DNA of 64,000 nucleotides from Savitreella phatthalungensis (lineage: Eukaryota), in the NCBI GenBank assembly GCA_051599415.1, contig AP039695.1:186001-250000 (forward strand), given 5' to 3'. This document shows, one piece after another, positions 56,002 through 64,000 of this stretch (its first letter is position 1; the number at the start of each line of letters is the position of its first letter). The notes beneath the pieces were generated by a model that was not told the origin of the DNA, did no database searches, and worked only from the letters and a program-made list of their open reading frames with translations. The position numbers and the translations under genes were made by a program.

Positions 56002-56573
56002 ATGGAGAGTAAGTGTACAAAAAGCAGGTCATCACGAGCATACTGACCTATACCTTTTTAGCTCATGCGAATGCACTGAATCCTCTCTCGCAGATCCCAC
56101 TAGTACGCTCACCCTACCTGCGAATCCCTCCAGCTGTCACACTCCCTTACAACTACACGTCCGCGCGCGCATCGCTTACGGACCCATCGATGGACGACGG
56201 TACTGATCTTGCGAGACTGGTTCCGAGAACGCTGCCGCGGTCGATCGCCATTGCTGATCGACCGGCTGGCGGAGCATCGGTCGATCTGATGTCTGCTGAG
56301 GAGGGTGTGGAGGAAGTTGTGATGAAGGTGGTAACCGATGAGCGGGAGGCGATTGAGCGCGCGGGCGCGCTTGTTGGTGCGTGGAAGAAGGAAATTGGCG
56401 ACCGAGAGCTGGCGAGGAAGAGACGAATCGCCCCGGGATTCCTAGACACCGGCGTCACAATGCTAGTCCCGCAACCGTCCGGATCATCCGATCAGAACAC
56501 TCACAAACACAGCGGAAACGAGGTGCCAACAAACGCGAAGCCTTCAGAGCTGCTTTCGGGCCTGCACTTCTGA
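56002..56573 (+). CDS. Hypothetical protein; exons 56002-56008 and 56062-56573
   Basis: ATGGAGA|GTAAGT...TACTGAC...TTTTAG intron (56009-56061) gives METHANALNPLSQIPL...; RKRRIAPGFLDTG..MLVP looks like a conserved fungal motif. Confidence 0.75.
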
Positions 56574-59500
56574 TCACGGTGTTCCCGACCACTAATGAAA
56601 CATACTGGACATACAGATTCACATTGGCTTCAGTAATGAATGATATACAATGACACGACTCAGCATTGCTTGATATTCGACGATTTGAGCTTCGGACAAT
56701 AACACGGGTTCAGCGCTCGGTTGACCAGGTTGCCATTATGCCCAAGTTGCTCCTCTGCGGGCATGGGGTCTGAGGACGAAAGAGCGGCAAGCAGTATTGA
56801 CTACTCCCTCCTACGGATAGACACGTCTTCTGTGACAGCAGTCATCAGCAGCTATTAGTAGGGCTAGTCCCTGAGCTGCTCAAGCTGCACACGCCTCGAC
56901 ATTCAAGCTATTCGAAAGCACCTTAGCTGAAGTTGGACTGTACAAAACTCACACGACTTCCACAGCCCGTGCATGTTACAGACCTCGATCTAGTGCGCAT
57001 TCTACAGATACGCATTCAGGCGTAGCTTGATACGACCATGTGGGAGCTTCATGCACAACTCGAACCATATGGGAACTCGATCCAGAGAGAGAATGCACCG
57101 TGCTACAGAGTGTCTCGAAGTCACCCCACGTGCAGAGTGGTGCTCACATGATTAATCAGATGAACCGAGTTGGTTGTCAGCTAGATCCAGGATCTGGTAA
57201 ATTGAGTACAGAATCAATTCCATCTGACATACAGTAATTAGAGCTCGGTATCTCTAAATAGCCTGGAGTTCTTTCAAACTTCTATTCAGAGAAAAGAAGG
57301 TAGGAAGGTGTTCTCAGTGAACTTAAATCCACGAGACTCCGCTCATATAATTTAGGTATTTTCTTGCGGATGGGCTGGCTATGTGACTAGCGCCGTTTTA
57401 GTGCTTTTCGGTACACTGACGTCAGGCCGTCTCTGCCTGGGTTTGGATACGAGCGTTCTACAGAATGCAGCGGAATAAGTGGAATTGATTCACACTGATT
57501 TTTATACTCGACGGGATTACTTCCAGGATTGCAAACCACGTCTGTACATCCATGAGTTCCACTTGCCGCGACTGCCGAATTCCCCAGTCAAAGGCTTGTC
57601 ACAGTGGAGAAGGCCCGCTCCATGGGTAAGCCATTCCGCTACCCTCGATCGCCAGGTCAGACCCAACCGCAACGGCTGACTGCTATTCAGAAGGCCATGT
57701 TGCAGTGTCAATAGTTCCTCGCCGCATCGCTCAACGGCGCGCCAGATTTGTATCGATGTTGCCTATCGAGTGTTGCATCCCAGGTGCCAGGCAGTTTTTC
57801 TGCTTTAGCAAAAAAATGCGAGGTTGAGAGAAGTATCCGCGTATGGCGACACTTGAATGACACTGCAAGTAGAGACAAACACGAACATCACTTTAGAATT
57901 TCTCGACTCGGATACACCTGCTGGCCGAGACTGTCGTGCATCGAGACAATTGAGGGATGTGCTTCCTCCCTGGTTGTTGTTCTTTTCATCGAGTGCGAGC
58001 TATGCGACAGCAGGGTTGCAATTCGGAGACTCGGGAGAACTCGCAAAGCCTGGCTTCTGGACAACTAATAGCGTTATTGCTCTGGCCTACTCTGGCGGAT
58101 CCTCCAGGTAGAAGAGCAGACCATAGGAACGGCGTCTTGTTGGCATCTGGGCAGGGCATGTGAGATAATTGACCAGGCTCGAGTTAAGGGTACCATACGG
58201 TCTAGACAAGAAGCGGCTCTCCCGGAGGCCGTGGTAGTATATCTATCCTGTTCCAGCTATATCTAATCTATAACGCCACGCAGGATTAGATTTATAGATA
58301 TGGAAAGTATATCTGAGACAGGACCAAAGGAATCAAGTCGTAGAATGCTTCTCAAACCACCGTCCGCAGTCTCAAGCCAGCCAGAAGGCCAAGGCACATT
58401 CTCTCTTTCTCTTCCACTCTCTTCTCGCTCTTTAGCGCCTTCCTTCCTCTCATTACTCTGTCTCCTACTCAAGCTGACCTCTCCAATCGCAGGCGCAGAT
58501 CTGGTCTGGAGCACTTCATAGCTCATCAACTTCCATCTGGATCTAGGGGATTGATGTCCGTGCGTACCTGCTCACCCAATTCTATTGCTAGAAAGTCTGA
58601 TCATTCGCGAGTCTGACACATGTGATCACGCTTCAGCGAGGGAGACTATGTCTGCTGCATGAGTGAGTACTAGCTAGCTATGTCGGTCAAAAGTTCTGGA
58701 GCGAGGTAGACCGAACGCTAGATCTGTCAGCTGAAGTAAAGGATCTCGGAAAGGAAACCTACAGTTCTCGCATCGGAAAGAAAAGACGCTTCCATACTTC
58801 CATAACCAGGCCGCAATTGATCTTTTCTCCGTCCGATGAACAAATTGCGCTTCCTCCAGCATTGTCACTCATCCAATCCAAGTCAAAGAAAACTAATCAC
58901 CAGCCTCGGTCAGTTTCTACACATATTCTCATCCGGTCATTTGGACAAGCTTCTTCTTCAGACCTAACATTCATACCGTGAATGATATTAGCCTGTCAAC
59001 CTTGTCAAATTTAGATGTTAATGCCTAAGAATCACGCGAGATCTCTAACTGCGCGGGCCTGAGGGTCAGTAAAATTAGATCAGATTCACAAGCATATCTG
59101 TGCAGTGTAAAATGTTAAAGCACGCCTATCGTAAAGGAGCTTATTGGCTGGAAGGTTTACAACAGTTGGAAGACATCATCGTTAGCTTCTGGTCTCGTCT
59201 AAGGTTTTTGATCAAATTCATCCGAATTCAATCTAAACACTGTATCACTCATCTGATTCCTGTAACCAGCAACCGAACGAAAGAGGTCAATCACAGGCTA
59301 ATGAAATCATCATGCGGACTAGAGTTCCAAAACATTCAGCTGGATGAGTTCATTGATTCTCTAGTCTACCGAACCAACCACGACAGTTCAATTGAGCCCA
59401 GTGTATTCCAGAGTCAGAGTCACAGTCAAAGTCAGAGTCAGACAAGAAATCCCCTGCCCGCCATGAATCCAGATCCAGATCCTGATCCTGATCCTCCGCC

Positions 59501-59759
59501 CACCCGGCCTCCCCTAAAAGGCTCCACATTCGACCTTCTGAATTTCATCGAGTTCTGAGAGCGATTACCTTGCCAATCTCGTAGCTGTCACGAGTGTTGT
59601 GTGCGCGTTTCCGAGAAGGTAGCGGCAGGTCTCCTTCCTCTTCCTCTCCCATCTCCTCTTCCTCTGCATCTCGACTGGCAACTAAGGCGTTAGACAGAAG
59701 CGTCCGCTTCCCTCTCGCCGCCTCCAACTACATCCAACCAAGCGGTAGCTCATTCTACG

Positions 59760-59856
59760 CTCTCTCCCTCTCTCTCTGTCTCTCTCGCTCTCTCTGTCTC
59801 TCTCGCTCTCTCTGTCTCTCTCGCTCTCTCTGCCTCTCTGCCTCTCTCTCGCTCTC
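59760..59856. repeat. CT-rich compound repeat with about 3-4 copies of an 18-bp unit (CTCTCTCTGTCTCTCTCG)
   Basis: Visible tandem units upstream of the permease. Confidence 0.85.
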
Positions 59857-60120
59857 TTGCTTCGGACGTTGGACAGACTGCGCGCACTATCCGCCTCCCC
59901 GACAAGGTGTGCACACGACTATAAGATACTTCATACGCCCACATCTACTTTCCTTTCCAGACGACTCGTCACCTCACCTGACCTCCCCTCACACCAATCT
60001 CCCTCCTTCTCCCCCCAAACCCCTTCCCTCCTGCTCGATCACAGAACCTCCCTGCTCGCCATCAAAACCTTCTCTACCAAAGACCCAAGTACTTCGTCTT
60101 CCAATCACAAATCACACAGT

Positions 60121-61830
60121 ATGGCGACCGAAGCAAAGTCGTCTGCTATTCAGACCTATGAAATCTCAGGAAAGGACCACCATGTCGCAGGCGTCGAGAC
60201 CAAAGCCGTTGAGGCTATGTTCGATGGCGCCTCGATCGGCTCTCGCGACGGTGACACGATCCGCAAGCTCCAGCCTCGCCACGTCGCCCTGATTGGTATC
60301 GGTGGCACGATCGGAACTGCTCTTTTCGTCGCCATCGGTGCTGCTCTCACCGCCGGTGGGCCTGCATCCCTCCTCATCGCATTCTCCCTCTGGACGACCG
60401 TCATCTGGGGCGTCAACGAGTGCATGTCCGAGGTCGTCACTTGGCTTCCGATTAATTCCGCTTTCGTCCGTTTTGCAGGTCGCTTCGTCGACGAGGCCTT
60501 CGGTGTCGCTACTGGATGGAACTTCTTCATTTGTGAGGCTGCGCTCGTCGCATTCGAGGTCACTGCATGCACTGTGATTGTCACCTTCTGGGACCCGACT
60601 TACAAGTGCCCGCTCTGGGTCTACATTCTCGTCGTCATTGCCATTTACGCTCTCCTCAACCTTATCACCGTCCACTACTACGGTGAGGCTGAGTTCTGGT
60701 TTGCAATCGGCAAAGTCCTTCTCATCACTGCCCTGATCATCATGACTTTCATCATGATGGTCGGCGGCAACCCGAAGCACGATGCTTTCGGCTTCAGAAA
60801 CTGGCGCATCCCAGGAGCACCGTTCGCCGAGTACATTTACACTGGTGATCTCGGTCGCTTCATCGGCTTCTTCCAGTGCTTGACTGCCGCCTCCTTCGTT
60901 ATTGCTGGTCCTGACTACCTGTCGATGGCCGCTGGTGAGGCAATCAACCCGCGCAAGACCATGCCTGAGGCATACAAGGTCGTATTTGCTCGTCTCGTTG
61001 CATTCTTCATCCTTGGCTCTCTCGCCGTCGGTATTATCGTGCCCTTCAACGACCCGCATCTGCTGCACGCCATCAAGTCGCACCAGCCAGGAGCTGCTCG
61101 TTCACCTTATGTCATTGCCCTCCAGAACTTTGGCGTGCCGGTCCTGCCGCACATCATCAACGCCGCCGTCCTGCTTTCTGCCTTCTCTGCAGGAAACTCG
61201 TACGTCTTCTGCGCGTCTCGCACCCTCTACGGTCTCGCACTCGAGCGCAAGGCTCCTCGCATCCTGACCAAGTGCTCGAAGCGCGGCGTGCCTTACTGGT
61301 CCGTGTCGATCGTTCTCGCCATTGCCCTGCTCTCGTTCCTGTCTGTGAACAAGAACTCGAACGTGGTGCTCAACTGGTTCGTTTCCCTGATCACGGCCTC
61401 CCAGCTTATCAACTTCTGGACAATGTGCTTCTCCTACCTGCGCTGGCGTGCGGCACTCAAGGCTCAGAACATCCCTCTTTCCGAGCTGCCACGCAAGTCG
61501 AAGTGGACACCTTACCCTGCATACTGGGCCCTTGCCATGCTTTCGATGATGATTGTTTTCCAGGGCTACTCGCTGTGGACTCCAGATGGTTTCGACGTCT
61601 CCACTCTCATCTTCGACTACTTTGCAGTCTGGGTCTTCATCGCCGTCTACTTCGGCTGGAAGCTCATCTACCGCACCCGGATCGTCCCGCTCAACGAGGT
61701 CGACCTCTTCACCGGCAAGCGGGAAATCGACGAGGACGAGCTCCGCTGGCGCGAACTCGAGCGCTCAGGTGCACTCGACAAGGGTCAAGCCCGTACCATC
61801 TGGTCGGCGATCCGCAAGTTCTTCTTCTAA
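60121..61830 (+). CDS. Amino acid permease (YAT/APC family, Agp2/Put4-like)
   Basis: LQPRHVALIGIGGTIGTALF, YGEAEFWFAIGK, AGEAINPRK, SAGNSYVFCASRTLYGLA; about 12 TM helices. Confidence 0.95.
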   Translation: MATEAKSSAIQTYEISGKDHHVAGVETKAVEAMFDGASIGSRDGDTIRKLQPRHVALIGIGGTIGTALFVAIGAALTAGGPASLLIAFSLWTTVIWGVNECMSEVVTWLPINSAFVRFAGRFVDEAFGVATGWNFFICEAALVAFEVTACTVIVTFWDPTYKCPLWVYILVVIAIYALLNLITVHYYGEAEFWFAIGKVLLITALIIMTFIMMVGGNPKHDAFGFRNWRIPGAPFAEYIYTGDLGRFIGFFQCLTAASFVIAGPDYLSMAAGEAINPRKTMPEAYKVVFARLVAFFILGSLAVGIIVPFNDPHLLHAIKSHQPGAARSPYVIALQNFGVPVLPHIINAAVLLSAFSAGNSYVFCASRTLYGLALERKAPRILTKCSKRGVPYWSVSIVLAIALLSFLSVNKNSNVVLNWFVSLITASQLINFWTMCFSYLRWRAALKAQNIPLSELPRKSKWTPYPAYWALAMLSMMIVFQGYSLWTPDGFDVSTLIFDYFAVWVFIAVYFGWKLIYRTRIVPLNEVDLFTGKREIDEDELRWRELERSGALDKGQARTIWSAIRKFFF

Positions 61831-62530
61831 ACTGTTGCACAGTCTTGTCACCCAAAATTTTGAGCTCACACCCGTTCCCTGCACAAGGAAGAACAGAAAC
61901 AAAAACATTGTCACAACCACAGTGCCCATCTCCTTGTCCCGATCTCGATCGCTCTGTTACATTCACTACCCTTTCTGTATACTCTAAAAAGAATTCACAT
62001 TGCTCTAGACACCCGTTGCTCATCGTATGGTCGATTGATGCGCAGCATTGGTGAGCCACATGGAAGCCAGGACATGTATGTGTCTATCTTTACATTACAT
62101 TTATTGCTCGTTTTGTCTGGTCACAGCGAGAGAGTGTGTGCTCGTTGTGCATGTGGATGTAGGCGGGACGTGCGTCATCGGCATCTATCCAGAAGTAATA
62201 ATTCTCTCTCTAATCAGTTCTTAATTCTGCATAAATCAATTTGAAAGTTCAACTTTCACCCCGTGCATCCATCCGGCTGTCGCTCTTTCACTTTCTCTCT
62301 TTCTCTAACGATTCCCCGAATTCGATCATTCGACCTATCGATCGATCGGTCGGTCGGCGTGAATGCGTGGGTGAGCGACCGGCCCAGAGGGACGTGGACG
62401 ATGTGTGTCGCGGTCGTCGGTGTAGGTAGGTCTGAATCCGCGTGAACGATCACAGTTGCCACTCATCATCAACTCAAATCCAAAATCGCATCCACACATC
62501 TTCTTCTTTCCCCCACCCCCATCAGTTGTT

Positions 62531-63143
62531 ATGGTAAGCCCGAACCCCCACACCACAAACACACCATCGTCGCATACCCTTCTCGCGCAACACCTTGCAC
62601 AAGGGAGGAAAGATTGGCGCGTGGTAGACACGGAAAGTAGAGTCAACTGACATCCCGTGCTTTAGTCTCGCTCAGGAGTGCCAGTCTCGCAGGAGGTGAA
62701 CGATGTGTTCCAGCAGTTGAAGCTCGGTAAGGATGACACAATGGTTCTGGGAGGATGAGACTGACAGGCCGTCGTGGCGTACAGGAAAGTCGCTCAAGTA
62801 CATTGTGTTTGGGATGAACGAGGCAAACACGGAGATTGTGGTGCTTCAGAAGAGCGAGAGTGACGACTACGAGGAGTTTGTAGGCCACCTGCCAGAGAAC
62901 GAGTGCAGGTACGCCGTGTACGACTTCCACTGGAACAAGGGGGACGAGGGAAAGAGGTCAAAGATCTGCTTCATCCACTGGTCACCCGACTCGGCAAAGA
63001 TAAAGGCAAAGATGATCTCAGCTTCGTCAAAGGACACAATCAGGAAGACACTTACAGGCGTCTCAGCAGAGGTCCAGGCAACCGACTTTGCAGAAGTCGC
63101 CTACGACACCGTGCTCGAGAAGGTCTCCAGGGGAGGATACTAG
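62531..63143 (+). CDS. COF1: Cofilin/ADF; exons 62531-62533, 62666-62726 and 62785-63143
   Basis: Spliced product MSRSGVPVSQEVNDVFQQLKLGKSLKYIVF...CRYAVYDF...WSPDSAKIKAKMISASSKD. Both introns are GT...CTGAC...AG. Confidence 0.95.
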
Positions 63144-64000
63144 ACATCGGGAGAGCGAAACACTCGGTCAGGGTTCTTCCTTCTTTTTGAGATCAACACT
63201 CACGCAAGAGAAAGCCACTCTTATGACTCTCTTGGTTCGGCCGTGTCTGGTCACTCATAAAGAAATTCACTCCCGAAAGATCCTTCGATTAGACAGAAAT
63301 CAATGCTGTATACTGTGTGATCTTTGTCAATGGACTTAACGTTACTGGCGTTCCTCAAGCATACTATACGCAAGGATCCTGTATAGAGTATGCTGTATAT
63401 ACTAGACCCATCATGAAGATCATTCACATCTCCTCTCACTTGACCCATTCGTTATATGACGATTTGCAAATCCATGGGTTGAGTGCATCGGCAGTGGATT
63501 ACTGACACTCACGTGCAGGATGCCGTGCATCAACTCTAAATCATATGTCATAGGGTACGCTACATACATATCATCCGTATCAGAATGGACCAAGAAGACC
63601 ATGCAGTTCATACAGTGGGTACATCCATCCATCCAGTGTATACAGTGCATGTGAATCAATCATCATTTTGTAGCTATCATTTTTTCCTTCTGTTTCTTTC
63701 ATCTCTCTTTCTTTCATCACTCTCTCTCTCTCTCTTGGATTTCCATTCTAGGCAATTCTACCACCCCGTGGAAAATTTATTCTTCTTCTGATGGTGAATT
63801 GCAAACAAAGTGCGTAAGAATTCTCTGGAACGTTTTCGATCTTGCTGGAGAATACTCGAACTTCTCAGATCAATCTATCAAAAATTCTGATTTCACCTCC
63901 GTCAGATACAAGCATCCACCATTCCGCCACCTCACCAACACCTCTCTACCTACCTGTCTCCCACTTCACCCTCTCATCCTCTCACTCTCAGTCACCTTCC

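Noticed and set aside
59857..60120. Upstream extension of the permease ORF
   Set aside because: Non-ATG start in pyrimidine-rich promoter/UTR sequence; ATG 60121 gives a normal-length permease.
60166..61083. 305-aa minus-strand ORF
   Set aside because: Antisense shadow of the permease, expected with biased codon usage.
62534..62665. Possible hairpin or snoRNA in cofilin intron 1
   Set aside because: Only a weak hairpin; no convincing C/D or H/ACA box set or rRNA guide.
1..64000. CRISPR arrays, tRNA/rRNA genes, transposons
   Set aside because: Eukaryotic sequence; I saw no repeat-spacer array, tRNA cloverleaf, rRNA, transposase/RT ORF, LTRs or TIRs.

Overview
Gene-dense, intron-poor fungal (ascomycete) chromosomal DNA. 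GT-AG introns have CTRAC branch points, and a complex I subunit is present. The compact architecture suggests Taphrinomycotina, which is an inference only. About 31 protein-coding genes are supported. Most are housekeeping: HMG-CoA reductase (5'-truncated), kinesin-8, NDUFS1, EMC7, MINDY DUB, acyl-CoA synthetase, Scd6/Lsm14, Vma3, Nhp2, choline kinase, Nop14, Iws1, an amino-acid permease and cofilin. Secreted proteins are interspersed: GH15 glucoamylase, a GPI Ser/Thr-rich protein, MRJP/yellow, Egh16-like and HsbA-like. The most striking feature is an island at about 12.9-18.2 kb with five tandem minus-strand genes for small secreted prepropeptides. Four carry Kex2 (RR/KR) sites, three carry Ste13-type X-A/X-P spacers, and all carry paired-Cys loops (CX7C, CX8C or CX3C), pointing to a family of processed, disulfide-looped peptides. 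Also found: an intronic C/D snoRNA in the Scd6 intron with a guide matching 18S Am420 (snR52-like), a second structured H/ACA-like RNA candidate near 21.3-21.6 kb, and a bacterial-type XylD-like sugar-acid dehydratase. All calls come from reading the sequence and from recalled family motifs; no searches were run.
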